In this document: piece by piece, positions 21,567 to 32,042 of the stretch
Layout of the letters: the number at the start of each line of letters is the position of its first letter
How positions within the stretch are numbered: position 1 is the stretch's first letter
Source: Candidatus Latescibacterota bacterium
GTDB lineage: Bacteria; Latescibacterota; UBA2968; GCA-2709665
Direction: 5' to 3'
NCBI GenBank assembly: GCA_963662665.2
Contig: CAXXJS010000010.1
Location: 96,001 to 160,000 of the forward strand
DNA: 64,000 nucleotides
Position numbers and translations under genes: made by a program
The notes under the pieces: generated by a model
The model's database searches: none
Told to the model about the DNA's origin: nothing
The model's input: only the letters and a program-made list of their open reading frames with translations

Positions 21567-22820
21567 ATGATCCTTAAAATCGAAGCCCTGCGGTACCGCT
21601 GTCTGCGATTCATCAGCCGGCCGCTTGACGCGTTTCACATTCTGGTTGGGCCGAACGCCAGCGGGAAAACCACCCTGCTGGATGCCATCGCGTTCCTCGG
21701 CGACCTCGTTTCGGTCGGCCTGGAGGAGGCCGTTGAAAAACGCACGGCCGACCTTCGCGATCTGGTCTGGCGACGGACGTTCGACCCGTTCGAACTGGCT
21801 ATCGAACTGAGCATTCCCGTTCAGAAAACCGACCTATTCGAAAACCGCGAATACAATCGATGCCGTTACGAAATCGCCATCGGACCGTCGGCCGAAACAG
21901 GAGAGACCTCCATTCTCGCCGAACGGGTTCTGCTTCTTCCCAACGTGCTCCAGGACAAGGTCGAGTGCGAACAGCAGACACTTTTCCCAATCGACCGCCC
22001 ATTGCCCGGCACGCTTGCCCTGCCCCGGGTCAGGGGCGCCAGAACCATTGTACACAAGGTCCACGGCAGTAACGATAATTTCTACTACGAAACCGGCGCC
22101 GGATGGGACCACTCATTCAAGCTGGGTCCAAGGCGGTCGGCTCTTGCCAATTTGCCGGAAGACGAAGGCAGATATCCCGTTGCCACCTGGCTGAAGGGGA
22201 TACTCAACGACGGAATCCAGCGCCTGGTCCTGAACAGCGCCGGGATGCGCCGTCCCAGCCCGCCCGGTCGACCCACCCGATTCAGGCCCGACGGTTCCAA
22301 TCTGCCCTGGGTTGTCTCCACCATGCATTCCAGCTCACCCGACCGATTCGCCGCCTGGATCCGCTGCCTGCAAACCGTCCTTCCCGACCTGAAAACCATT
22401 CGCACAATAGAACGTCCTGAGGACCGTCACTGCTATCTGGTTTTCCAGGATAGAAACGGTCTTGAAGCGCCATCCTGGACGATTTCAGACGGAACCCTTC
22501 GTCTTCTGGCCCTTACACTCCCTGCCTACCTGCCGGACTTCGGGGGCGCTTATCTCGTTGAAGAACCCGAAAACGGGATACACCCCCGGGCAGTAGAAAC
22601 GGTGTTTCGAGCGCTCTCATCCATAGAAAACGTCCAGGTCCTCTTAACCACACACTCTCCCGTAATTGTGGGCCTGGCGGAAGGCAGTGAGGTCATCTGT
22701 TTCTCCAGGACCGAAACCGGCGCCACCGATATGGTTCTCAGTACCGAAAATCCCGCGCTACGCGAATGGCAGGGCGAAGCAGATCTCGGTTCTCTGTTTG
22801 CCGACGGTGTTCTGGGTTAA
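21567..22820 (+). CDS. AAA_21-type ABC ATPase (resembles MAD3-like defence ATPases)
   Basis: LVGPNASGKTT Walker A, SDGTLRLLAL signature, EEPENGIHP Walker B/D-loop, TTHSP. Confidence 0.8.
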   Translation: MILKIEALRYRCLRFISRPLDAFHILVGPNASGKTTLLDAIAFLGDLVSVGLEEAVEKRTADLRDLVWRRTFDPFELAIELSIPVQKTDLFENREYNRCRYEIAIGPSAETGETSILAERVLLLPNVLQDKVECEQQTLFPIDRPLPGTLALPRVRGARTIVHKVHGSNDNFYYETGAGWDHSFKLGPRRSALANLPEDEGRYPVATWLKGILNDGIQRLVLNSAGMRRPSPPGRPTRFRPDGSNLPWVVSTMHSSSPDRFAAWIRCLQTVLPDLKTIRTIERPEDRHCYLVFQDRNGLEAPSWTISDGTLRLLALTLPAYLPDFGGAYLVEEPENGIHPRAVETVFRALSSIENVQVLLTTHSPVIVGLAEGSEVICFSRTETGATDMVLSTENPALREWQGEADLGSLFADGVLG

Positions 22821-22967
22821 GACCGTGAGCTCCGGTGCTGCGCGGAAAACCGCGGGATGACGCGCCGATGACCCGACGGCCGGCCGGGCAGTTATCCCTA
22901 ATCGCCCGGGCTATTGTCTACCCGCTACACCCAGGTTGAATCCTGAAGAAATTCGAGGACAGTCCCG

Positions 22968-24137
22968 ATGGTTGAACTCGGCCTGAAATACGGATGCAAC
23001 CCACACCAGAAGCCCGCGAGAATATACAACAGGCACGGTACCCTGCCCTTCAGCGTGCTGAACGGCGCGCCTGGCTATATCAACCTGCTCGATGCGCTCA
23101 ATTCCTGGCAACTTGTAAAGGAACTGAGGCAGACGCTGACCGCACCCGCCGCCGCTTCCTTTAAACACGTCAGCCCCGCCGGAGCCGCGGTGGCGGTTCC
23201 CTTGAACGAAGACCTGAAGAAAGCCTATTTTGTCGAAGATCTTGATCTCTCTCCCCTGGCGACGGCGTACGCCCGGGCACGTGGCGCCGACCGCCTTTCT
23301 TCATATGGCGATTGGGCTGCCCTTAGCGACACGGTGGACGTCGCCACCGCCAGACTCCTGCACCGCGAGGTTTCCGACGGCGTGATCGCGCCAGGATATG
23401 AACCGGACGCCCTGGACATATTGAAGCGGAAAAAGGGAGGCGCCTACCCGGTTCTTCAAATCGATCCGGATTACAATCCCGTGGAAATGGAGCGCCGGGA
23501 GGTGTTCGGGCTTACCTTCGAGCAGCGATGCAACACCCGGGTCGCCGGTCCTGAGATCATGAAAAACACCGTTACTCGCAGACGGGACATCCCGCCGGAC
23601 AAAGCCCGCGATATGCTGGTGGCCACCATTACGCTCAAGTTCACACAGTCCAACTCCATATGCTTCGCATTGCAGGGCCAGGCCGTCGGCGTAGGCGCAG
23701 GCCAGCAAAACCGCCTTGCATGTACGGTTCTCGCTGCAAACAAAGCCGAAGCATGGTTTCTTCGCCAGCACCCGGCAGTTCTCGGTCTGAAGTTCAGAAA
23801 AGGCGCCAGGCGGCACGAAAAGATAAACGCCATCGAACTCTATCTCAATGGGGACATGACACCCGAAGAACTAAGCGCCTGGCGGTCTTCATTCCGCAAG
23901 GCGCCGCCCCCCTTCTGCGATACCGCGAGGAGGGAGTGGTTGCAGCGTCTCAAGGGCGTCATAATGGGCTCCGACGCGTATATTCCATTCCGCGACAATA
24001 TCGACCGCGCCGCTCGAACGGGTGTCGAATACGTTATCCAGACCGGTGGTTCCGTACAGGACGATGCCGTGACCGCCGCCGCGGATGAATACGGCATGGT
24101 TATGGTCAATACCGGCACCAGGCTCTTTCATCATTAG
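22968..24137 (+). CDS. AICAR formyltransferase (stand-alone PurH C-terminal domain)
   Basis: LKYGCNPHQ, GYINLLDALNSW, SFKHVSPAG, KFTQSNS, GTRLFHH; no N-terminal IMP cyclohydrolase domain. Confidence 0.92.
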   Translation: MVELGLKYGCNPHQKPARIYNRHGTLPFSVLNGAPGYINLLDALNSWQLVKELRQTLTAPAAASFKHVSPAGAAVAVPLNEDLKKAYFVEDLDLSPLATAYARARGADRLSSYGDWAALSDTVDVATARLLHREVSDGVIAPGYEPDALDILKRKKGGAYPVLQIDPDYNPVEMERREVFGLTFEQRCNTRVAGPEIMKNTVTRRRDIPPDKARDMLVATITLKFTQSNSICFALQGQAVGVGAGQQNRLACTVLAANKAEAWFLRQHPAVLGLKFRKGARRHEKINAIELYLNGDMTPEELSAWRSSFRKAPPPFCDTARREWLQRLKGVIMGSDAYIPFRDNIDRAARTGVEYVIQTGGSVQDDAVTAAADEYGMVMVNTGTRLFHH

Positions 24138-24283
24138 TGTTCCTTACCGGAGATAAGTTGCCGGGCAGCCATTTTTCGTGTAAAACTGTTTTCTGTTTCC
24201 TGGCGCCGGACGGAAACAGGTCAAGCCGAAAACGACATCATCGTAATATCCTCAATCTGTCGCAATAAGCTACGATTTTTCCG

Positions 24284-24312
24284 TTGACGGCCGCGCGACC
24301 GGGCGTTATATT
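24284..24312 (+). promoter_or_regulatory. Sigma70-type promoter of the sigma factor gene
   Basis: TTGACG-17 bp-TATATT. Confidence 0.6.
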
Positions 24313-25085
24313 AACCGCTCGACGCAGTTGATTCAAACTAAATTGTAGGCGTCTGTTTCGTGGTCTCCTCGCGTCGAAAACCATCGACAGGCTTCCTGAT
24401 AAATGGACGGGTGTACCTGAAGCATACACCAATGTATATGGAGGTTTCCAGACATGCAATCCAGGGGTTTGGAAGGCGACACCAACATTTATCTGCGCGA
24501 TATCCGGAAATTCACACCGCTCAGCAAAGAAGACGAGGCCGGTGTGATCGCAGACGCTCAGAAGGGCAACCGTCGAGCCCTCGACCGTCTCATCACTGCG
24601 AACCTGCGATTTGTGGTCCGTATCGCGCGTGAGTATAGCGGACGGGGCTTACCCCTGTCCGACCTTATTGCCGAGGGCAACCTGGGTCTGATCCGGGCCA
24701 CGCGGACGTTCGATCTTGCTCGCGGGCACAAATTCATCACTTACGCGGTCTGGTGGATCCGGCAGGCCATACTGTCGGCTCTCAACCGGTACACCCACCC
24801 GGTGGTATTTCCGGTAAATCAGATTGACGACCTCGACGTAATCAACAGGACAAAGAACGCCCTTTCGCAATCGCTGGGCCGACTTCCTGATCTGGGCGAA
24901 CTCGTTGAGAAGACAGGCATGCCGCTAAGAAGGCTGCGCCGCGCTCTCGAAGCCAACCGGACGACCGTATCGCTCGACAGCCCCACTCACGACGGATCCT
25001 CTGGCGTATACGCGGATACGCTTCCGTCCCAGGACTCCCGACCGGACGAACAGTTCGAGGACGCCCGGATCAAAAAACTCCTTAA

Positions 25086-26783
25086 TCTGAATAATTCACA
25101 AAAAAGGTAGTTTCCTTACCCAAGTCATTGTATTATATTATGGTTACGCGAATAACCTGATAACAATGAACCGGGAGGAAACTACCGTGGCAGGTCAAGA
25201 TAAACAACAAAGGATGTCTTTCGCAAGTGTTTCTGGCAAACGGGTAGAAGCCGCCTTCGACGGGGGCATGCTGACCAGCGACACCGGGGCGATGCTGCTT
25301 CGAGAGGTGGAATCCAAAATCGGCATTTTGTGTCGGATCGTCGAGGCGATAACAGATCGTCGGCATCCAAGTTACGTGGATCACCCGTCGGTGGACCTGC
25401 TCCGTCAGCGTGTCTTTCAGATGGCGTGTGGGTATGAAGATGCGAACGACTGCAATACGTTGCGTAGCGACCCCGGCTTCAAGGCGGCCTGCGATCGGTT
25501 GCCGGTCACCGGTGCCAACCTGGCCAGTCAACCCACGATGAGTCGGTTCGAGAACCGGATCACCAGAGGTGATTTATATCGGATCGCGACGGCCTTTGCC
25601 GATGCGTTTATCGCCTCGTATAAGCACCCCCCCGAAGCCATCCTGTTGGATATCGATGACACGGAAGACAAGGTGTATGGATCCCAGCAGTTGTCGTTAT
25701 TCAATGCGTATTTCAAGGGCTATTGCTACCAACCCCTGCATATCTATGAAGGGCAAACCGGCAAGTTGATCACGACGGTCTTGCGTCCGGGCCGCCGACC
25801 CACGGGCAAAGAGATCGTGTCGATTCTCAAACGGGTGATCGCCTACCTGCGTCACGCATGGCCCGATGTCAAGATCCTGTTGCGTGGCGATTCACACTTT
25901 TCGTGTCCGGAAGTACACACGATGTGTGACGAAAACGATGTGTTTTTTATCCTCGGACAAAGCGGAAACGCGGTGCTGCTGCGGTTGGCACAGCCCTTGA
26001 TGGACCAGGCCAAAGCGCTGTATGCCGATGGGGGAAAACCTGTGCGCCTGTATCGCTGTTGGGACTATCAGGCCGGCAGCTGGTCTTCCCCACGCCGCAT
26101 CATCTGCAAGGCAGAAGTCAACCCGCAAGGTCACAATGTCCGATTCGTGGTCACCAACCTGAACGGCGCACAACCGTCATTCATCTACAAAACCGCTTAT
26201 TGCTCACGCGGCAGGATGGAAAACTTCATCAAGAATCACAAGACCTTTCTGCATTCCGATCGCACCTCTTGCCACACCTTCCATGCCAATCACTTCCGGC
26301 TCTTTCTCCACAGCGCCGCCTATGTGTTGGTACACGCCCTGGCCCATATCGGGTTGCGCGGCACCACGTGGACGAACGCCCAGTTTAATACGCTGCAAAA
26401 CCGCATCTTGAAAGTCGCCGGGCGCGTTTGTGAACTGAAAACCAAAATCACGTTCCATCTGCCAACGGCGTTTCCACTCAAACACCTCTATCGAACCATG
26501 CTCTACAATCTGGGAACCGCCATGCCATAACGTTTCCATCTGGACCAGGCCGCCTTCACGTCTTGATTGCTACCATCAAAAGCCATGGAGAAGTCTGTGC
26601 TCTTGGCAGTCACAGCAGGGTCATCCTGACGCCTCCACCCGACCCTGCTACAAAAACACACCCTGAAATCGCTTGAAAACGCCAGTTCCGCACAGCCAGC
26701 TTTCTCCTGCGTTCTTAGACTCACTCGAAAGCTGCTTCTGCTGCACGAATCTGCAATCCCTGACGATTCATGAATAGGTCAGG
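25086..26783 (+). mobile_element. IS1380-family insertion sequence, 1698 bp, TTAA target duplication
   Basis: Imperfect terminal IRs TCTGAATAATTCAC / ATGAATAGGTCAGG; TTAA at 25082-25085 and 26784-26787; removing the element restores the host ORF. Confidence 0.93.
25166..26530 (+). CDS. IS1380-family DDE transposase
   Basis: FDGGMLTSDTG, GYEDANDC, LASQPTMSRFEN, LDIDDT, RGDSHF, YCSRGRMENFIK; ORF intact. Confidence 0.93.
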   Translation: MNREETTVAGQDKQQRMSFASVSGKRVEAAFDGGMLTSDTGAMLLREVESKIGILCRIVEAITDRRHPSYVDHPSVDLLRQRVFQMACGYEDANDCNTLRSDPGFKAACDRLPVTGANLASQPTMSRFENRITRGDLYRIATAFADAFIASYKHPPEAILLDIDDTEDKVYGSQQLSLFNAYFKGYCYQPLHIYEGQTGKLITTVLRPGRRPTGKEIVSILKRVIAYLRHAWPDVKILLRGDSHFSCPEVHTMCDENDVFFILGQSGNAVLLRLAQPLMDQAKALYADGGKPVRLYRCWDYQAGSWSSPRRIICKAEVNPQGHNVRFVVTNLNGAQPSFIYKTAYCSRGRMENFIKNHKTFLHSDRTSCHTFHANHFRLFLHSAAYVLVHALAHIGLRGTTWTNAQFNTLQNRILKVAGRVCELKTKITFHLPTAFPLKHLYRTMLYNLGTAMP

Positions 26784-27003
26784 TTAAGGAATGCCTGAAT
26801 CGGCTGCCCCGGCGCGAAGCTCGAATCCTGAGTCTTTATTTCGGCCTGGACTCGGACAAGCCCGAGCCACTCGAACGGATTGGCAAACGCCTGCAGATCA
26901 GCAGGGAGAGGGTCCGGCAACTCAAAGACAGGGCGCTCAACAGGCTCCGACTCAATTTCGTACAGGAGAATTTGATTTCGTAGACAGAATGATGCACACC
27001 CAC

Positions 27004-27040
27004 AACAAAGCGGGCGGCCACTTGGGCCGCCCGCTTTGTT
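27004..27040. terminator. Bidirectional intrinsic terminator
   Basis: AACAAAGCGGGCGGCC-ACTTG-GGCCGCCCGCTTTGTT, a perfect 16-bp stem between convergent genes. Confidence 0.85.
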
Positions 27041-27079
27041 TGTATAGATATCACCGGCTTGCTGCCCGGAAATACCCGT

Positions 27080-28258
27080 TCATTTCTTGATCGTTTGCTG
27101 CTTCAACAACTGTATTTCCCGTTGGAGTCGGAGGAATTCCCGATACAGCGCCTGGTTGCCCTGCTGCATAGAAAGCTGCGACGAAACCGAAAATGCGTCA
27201 ATGCCGGCAGGTGGGAATTCACTGGATTCCACCGAGAGCTCGCCCACCTCAACGCGAGGAGTGTCCGGTTGTTCACCTCGTTTGACCTTCATTCGGACCT
27301 CGGTTCCCGGCGTTGTGGAAAGCACCAGGCTCTGTAAATGTTCGGCGCTTTCCACCTGCTGCTCCTGGAACGACATAATCAGATCGCCACGCACGATACC
27401 ACTCATCGCCGCAGGGCCGTTGGGCGCAATGCTATCTACGCGCACGCCGTGGTATTCGGGATCGTATTCTCCAGTAACCCCCAGCCATCCGTAGACTGTC
27501 TGTGAACCATTCAGGAGGCGCTGCGCAATTCGAATCGCACGGTTGATCGGCACCACGAATACGGTGGTAGGAATCTCCTGCACCATTCGGGCTCCCGGAG
27601 CCCCTTCCGGAAGAATACCGGACCACGGATCGGGCGGCAACGCCCAAACCAGGCCCAGAATCTCCCCGGAACTGCAGAATACCGGTGCGCCGCCAAAACT
27701 GAGGTCTACCGGTGCGGCAACATAAATAAGGTCCTGCGCACGGTCGACATTGTAAACATGACCGAACGACGGCTTCAGGTTTCCAAAGTTGTTGCCCAGG
27801 ATAAACGCAAAGTGGCCGATACGGACCCGATCGGAATTCCCGATTGCAATTGGCTGCAGGCCCTCGGCTTCAACGTGGATAACCGCAACTTCCGAAACCG
27901 GATCCGATGCCACGAAACGGGCCTGAAGTCGACGCCCCGTCCCCAGGGTCACCCAGATTTCCTCGGCGTCTTTTACGGCACGATGGACGGTAATGATCGT
28001 GCCTTTGGAATCCAGAACAAATCCGGTGCCGTGCATGTATCCCTTGCCGTACTGCAGCCCTTCCACCGCCCCCATCTGGGAATAGCTGGCATGAATTCGG
28101 ACGACCCCGGTCCGGTTCCTTTCCAGAATCTCTGCTCTCTCTTCTTCGATTCCCTTGAGCACGCTACCGGCGCGGCAATCTGTCGCACCTGAAACGGCCA
28201 ACAGTAACCCCATCACTATGGGTACCGTCCATAGGGATCTGCACCGTCGTGTTTTCAT
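27080..28258 (-). CDS. HtrA/DegP-like trypsin + PDZ protein with degenerate catalytic residues
   Basis: Signal peptide; GTGFVLDSKG, IGNSDRVRIG; PDZ (GWLGV..GPAAMSGIVRGDLI); GNSGG replaced by LSFGG. Confidence 0.85.
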   Translation of the reverse strand: MKTRRCRSLWTVPIVMGLLLAVSGATDCRAGSVLKGIEEERAEILERNRTGVVRIHASYSQMGAVEGLQYGKGYMHGTGFVLDSKGTIITVHRAVKDAEEIWVTLGTGRRLQARFVASDPVSEVAVIHVEAEGLQPIAIGNSDRVRIGHFAFILGNNFGNLKPSFGHVYNVDRAQDLIYVAAPVDLSFGGAPVFCSSGEILGLVWALPPDPWSGILPEGAPGARMVQEIPTTVFVVPINRAIRIAQRLLNGSQTVYGWLGVTGEYDPEYHGVRVDSIAPNGPAAMSGIVRGDLIMSFQEQQVESAEHLQSLVLSTTPGTEVRMKVKRGEQPDTPRVEVGELSVESSEFPPAGIDAFSVSSQLSMQQGNQALYREFLRLQREIQLLKQQTIKK

Positions 28259-28291
28259 TGTCAGTGTAGACTTTCTCTCCCTGAGGTTTCG

Positions 28292-28903
28292 CTAAAAGGA
28301 CACCCGACGTACGTTGGCCAGGTGCCTGCCCGGCCTCATACGCACGATTGACGCGGCTTTTGAGGCCTTTGCAGAATCCGCACGGCCGGCCTGATAACCC
28401 TTTTCTGAAGTGGTAATAGGTGCTTTCTGTGGCAACATCTTCAGCGCCCCGCGCCGGTCCGCTGCGGGAAACGGCGAAAACACGGGCGCAACCAACGTCA
28501 TCTGATGGACACGGTCCGTTGTGGCCCCTCGTGTCTCCGGCATTTCATCCAGTGCCGTGGTCATGCCGAGCGCCATCAGCACAACCGCCGCGGCCGATGC
28601 AAGCGCCCTCGGCACGGTTGGGAACAACAGGTCGGGCAGCCTGTTCCAGACCGAAGTTTTCCTGGCCGCCTCCATCATCAGCCGGCTCCGAAGCGCAAAG
28701 TCAAATCCGGCGGAAGGCCGCACACGCGACATCCGGGCCAGCCGCCGGGTCAGGTTCCTGACGCCTTCAAGGGAACTGGCGCAGATGGGGCATTCATCCA
28801 CGTGGAGATCCATCTGCGTCCGCTTTGCGCCTGCTACATCGCCTTCAATATAGGCCGATAATCGGGCCGCAAACTCGCCGCAAGTTATGTGACCCTCACT
28901 CAT
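28292..28903 (-). CDS. Zinc-binding anti-sigma factor (ZAS, zf-HC2) with transmembrane helix
   Basis: C..F..RLSAYIEGD...HVDECPIC, then a TM segment; directly downstream of the ECF sigma. Confidence 0.88.
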   Translation of the reverse strand: MSEGHITCGEFAARLSAYIEGDVAGAKRTQMDLHVDECPICASSLEGVRNLTRRLARMSRVRPSAGFDFALRSRLMMEAARKTSVWNRLPDLLFPTVPRALASAAAVVLMALGMTTALDEMPETRGATTDRVHQMTLVAPVFSPFPAADRRGALKMLPQKAPITTSEKGYQAGRADSAKASKAASIVRMRPGRHLANVRRVSF

Positions 28904-28969
28904 GTAATTCCTCCAATGGTCCTGTGCGATTACGAATGTTCTTGCGGTTCGGCAGACGGCGTCACGCAG

Positions 28970-29575
28970 TCAGACCGCCAACCCCACGTCCCTTCCCTCA
29001 TTCTTCAGCTTCTGCTGCAATTTCAGGCGAGCCCTGTTCACGCGAGACTTGACCGTGCCCACCGGACACCGGCTGATTTCCGCAATCTCCTGATAGGACA
29101 TCCCCTCCACGTCCCGAAGCAGGATGACCTGCCGGTAGTTTTCCGACAACGACATGATGGCCCTATGAATCTGCACGTCCGCGATTGAAGATTCGGTGAT
29201 TCGATCGGGCCGGTAGGACTCGTCGGGCAATTCCATTCCCGTCTCGTTCTCGTCGTCCCGGTGAAGCGGAAACAGCCGCCAACGTTTTCGACGTCTCAAC
29301 TCGCTTTTTGCCAGGTTGCCTGCAATTGTAAACAACCATGTGGAGAAATTCGCTATCGCCCGATATTCGTTTCGCTTGCGATACGCCCTGAGAAAGGCCT
29401 CCTGAACAATATCCTCGGCTGTCTCCCGGTCTCCGACGAATCGAAAAACAAAGTTGTAGAGCCGTCCCCTGTAACGATTTACAATCTTTCCATACGCCTC
29501 GATATCGCCATTCGCAACATCCGTGAGAATATCAACATCCGAAACCGTTCCGTTATCCGTGTTTACCATGAGCAT
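28970..29575 (-). CDS. ECF sigma factor (RpoE/SigW-like)
   Basis: GDIEAY, AEDIVQEAFLRAY, FSTWLFTIA, GMSYQEIA..GTVKSRVNRAR. Confidence 0.92.
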   Translation of the reverse strand: MLMVNTDNGTVSDVDILTDVANGDIEAYGKIVNRYRGRLYNFVFRFVGDRETAEDIVQEAFLRAYRKRNEYRAIANFSTWLFTIAGNLAKSELRRRKRWRLFPLHRDDENETGMELPDESYRPDRITESSIADVQIHRAIMSLSENYRQVILLRDVEGMSYQEIAEISRCPVGTVKSRVNRARLKLQQKLKNEGRDVGLAV

Positions 29576-29840
29576 CGACTTTCCCCCCTTTCGCCTGCAA
29601 CATCCTCGGGAATGGGGCATTCAGAACCCTCAACCCAGACGATCGTCGAACAATTATTAAACCCTCCGGCATGATAAAGGTTCCCGAAAAGCGAAAAATC
29701 AAGACGGGGAAAAAACACCGGCGGCAAATCTCGCCGGCAAGACCCGCCCGGGACCGGACTGGAAGAAAAACCGTTCAGACGACCGGAAAATCTCGGGAAA
29801 AAACAGCTGAATATCCAGGCTTTCGGGCCGGTTTCTCCGC

Positions 29841-29868
29841 TTGACATCGGCCCGGGATGTGGTATAAT
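29841..29868 (+). promoter_or_regulatory. Consensus sigma70 promoter of acs
   Basis: TTGACA-16 bp-TATAAT with TG extended -10. Confidence 0.8.
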
Positions 29869-29959
29869 TATAGCCGTTCCATTCAGGAATTGCAAGACCT
29901 GTTTCACCGACTTCAAATCTGCCGTTCCAACCGTTTAAAACCGAAAGAAGGGGTCTTCA

Positions 29960-31960
29960 ATGGCGGCACATCCAGACCGGATTCTCGAACAGGGCGGACG
30001 ATATTTCCCGCCTCAAGATCTCACTGGCCGGGCCCATGTCGATAGTTTCGAAGAATACCAGAGGCGTTATCAGGAATCCATCAGGGACGTCGAGGCATTC
30101 TGGGCTGACGTGGCAGAGGAATTCCATTGGTTCAGAAAATGGGATAACGTACGCGCATACAACTATAACGTCGACCGGGGACCGGTCGACATCAGATGGT
30201 TTGAAGGTGCGAAGACCAGTATTGCCTACAATTGCCTCGACCGCCACCTGGAAACACGGGGAGATCAGGCTGCGATTATCTGGGAAGGCAACGAGCCGGG
30301 TGAAGACGGCAGGCTGACGTACCGGGAACTCCACCGGCAGGTCTGCAAATTCGCTAACGTGCTCAAATCTCGCGGCGTGAGAAAGGGAGACCGCGTTTCC
30401 ATATATATGCCAATGATCCCCGAACTGGCTATCGCGATGCTCGCATGCGCCAGGATCGGCGCCGTACACTCGATCGTTTTCGGCGGCTTTTCCGCGGATG
30501 CTCTTGCCGACCGCATTGTCGATTCCACATGCCAGGTGGTCGTTACAACCGACGGTATGTTTCGAGGCGACAGACCCATGGAGCGTAAGGCGTTCGCCGA
30601 CCACGCCATCGCCAATGCCGACGGACGGATGAGCGGCAAAACCGTAGATACTTGCATTGTCGTCCAACGCGTGGGCGAACACGCCGGTATTTCCTGCCCC
30701 ATGAAGGAGGGCAGAGACATCTGGTGGCACGAAGCCATGGAAACCGCCAGCCAGGATTGTCCGTGTGAAGAAATGGACGCGGAAGACCCGCTTTACATTC
30801 TGTATACTTCAGGGTCGACAGGCAAACCCAAGGGCGTGCAGCACAATGTAGGCGGATATATGGTATACACCGCCTACACCCACAAAAACATCTTCGACTA
30901 TCACGATGGCGACATTTATTTCTGCGCCGCCGATATCGGCTGGGTTACCGGACACTCTTATATCATCTACGGTCCATTGGCGAACGGCGCCACGTCGGTC
31001 ATGTTCGAAAGCACTCCCCTTTATCCCGATCCGGGAAGATACTGGCAGGTGATCGACAAATACGAAGTCAATCAGTTTTATACGGCGCCCACGGCGATCC
31101 GGGCGGTTGCCAAAGAGGGCGAAGCGTGGCCGGCCAAATACGACCTCTCCTCCCTGAATCTCCTGGGGACCGTCGGCGAGCCAATCAACCCGGAAGCCTG
31201 GCTCTGGTACCACAACAACGTGGGCCGGGGCCGGTGTCCAATTGTTGACACCTGGTGGCAAACCGAAACCGGCGGCATTCTCATTACCCCGCTCCCGGGG
31301 GCAACCGCCACGAAACCCGGTTCCGCAACCTTTCCCTTCTTCGGCATCAAACCGGTCGTACTCGACCCGGAATCGGGCAGTGAACTCGAGGGTAACGACG
31401 TCCGGGGCGTCCTCGCTATCGCGGAACCCTGGCCGGGGCAGATGCGCACCGTCTACGGCGACCACAAACGCTTCGAGGAAACTTACTTCCAACAATACAA
31501 GGGTTATTATTTCACCGGCGACGGCTGCCGCAGGGACGAAGACGGCTACTACTGGATTACCGGCCGGGTGGATGACGTCATCAACATATCCGGGCACCGA
31601 ATGGGTACGGCCGAGGTCGAATCCGCGCTGGTCTCCCACGAGGGCGTGGCTGAAGCGGCTGTGGTGGGTTTCCCCCACGAAATCAAGGGTCAGGGTATCT
31701 ATGCCTACGTAACCCTGAACGTCGGCGTCGAATACGTCGATGTTCTAAAGGACGAACTGAAGGCATGGGTCCGAAAGGAGATCGGTCCCATCGCCACGCC
31801 CGACGTGATCCATTGGGCGCCGGGATTGCCCAAAACCCGATCGGGAAAAATAATGCGCCGCATCCTGCGCAAAATTGCCGACGACGACACCAGTGATATG
31901 GGCGACACGTCCACGCTTGCAGAACCGGCGGTTGTGGATCAACTCCTGGAGAATCGGTAG
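29960..31960 (+). CDS. acs: Acetyl-CoA synthetase
   Basis: [36 protein letters not shown]. Confidence 0.97.
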   Translation: MAAHPDRILEQGGRYFPPQDLTGRAHVDSFEEYQRRYQESIRDVEAFWADVAEEFHWFRKWDNVRAYNYNVDRGPVDIRWFEGAKTSIAYNCLDRHLETRGDQAAIIWEGNEPGEDGRLTYRELHRQVCKFANVLKSRGVRKGDRVSIYMPMIPELAIAMLACARIGAVHSIVFGGFSADALADRIVDSTCQVVVTTDGMFRGDRPMERKAFADHAIANADGRMSGKTVDTCIVVQRVGEHAGISCPMKEGRDIWWHEAMETASQDCPCEEMDAEDPLYILYTSGSTGKPKGVQHNVGGYMVYTAYTHKNIFDYHDGDIYFCAADIGWVTGHSYIIYGPLANGATSVMFESTPLYPDPGRYWQVIDKYEVNQFYTAPTAIRAVAKEGEAWPAKYDLSSLNLLGTVGEPINPEAWLWYHNNVGRGRCPIVDTWWQTETGGILITPLPGATATKPGSATFPFFGIKPVVLDPESGSELEGNDVRGVLAIAEPWPGQMRTVYGDHKRFEETYFQQYKGYYFTGDGCRRDEDGYYWITGRVDDVINISGHRMGTAEVESALVSHEGVAEAAVVGFPHEIKGQGIYAYVTLNVGVEYVDVLKDELKAWVRKEIGPIATPDVIHWAPGLPKTRSGKIMRRILRKIADDDTSDMGDTSTLAEPAVVDQLLENR

Positions 31961-31982
31961 GAAAATTGCTAATTCGCGCTCA

Positions 31983-32014
31983 GTCAAGAGGGAGCCATCC
32001 GGCTCCCTCTTGAC
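31983..32014 (+). terminator. Hairpin after acs (terminator or mRNA-stabilising stem)
   Basis: GTCAAGAGGGAGCC-ATCC-GGCTCCCTCTTGAC, a perfect 14-bp stem without a clear U-tract. Confidence 0.6.
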
Positions 32015-32042
32015 GTCTATATGAAAAAGGTCCGGCCCCGGA

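Larger units (their letters stand above)
24454..26983 (+). pseudogene. RpoD/RpoS-like sigma-70 factor interrupted by IS1380
   Basis: Regions 1.2-3 at 24454-25085 (YLRDI, ANLRFVV, DLIAEGNLGL, KFITYAVWWIRQ). Region 4 resumes in frame after the IS: KECLNRLPRREARILSLYFGL...ISRERVRQLKDRALNRLR, TAG at 26981-26983. Confidence 0.92.

Noticed and set aside
26788-26983. Independent expression of the orphaned sigma region 4 from an IS promoter
   Set aside because: No in-frame ATG/SD after the IS end and no clear outward -10 element.
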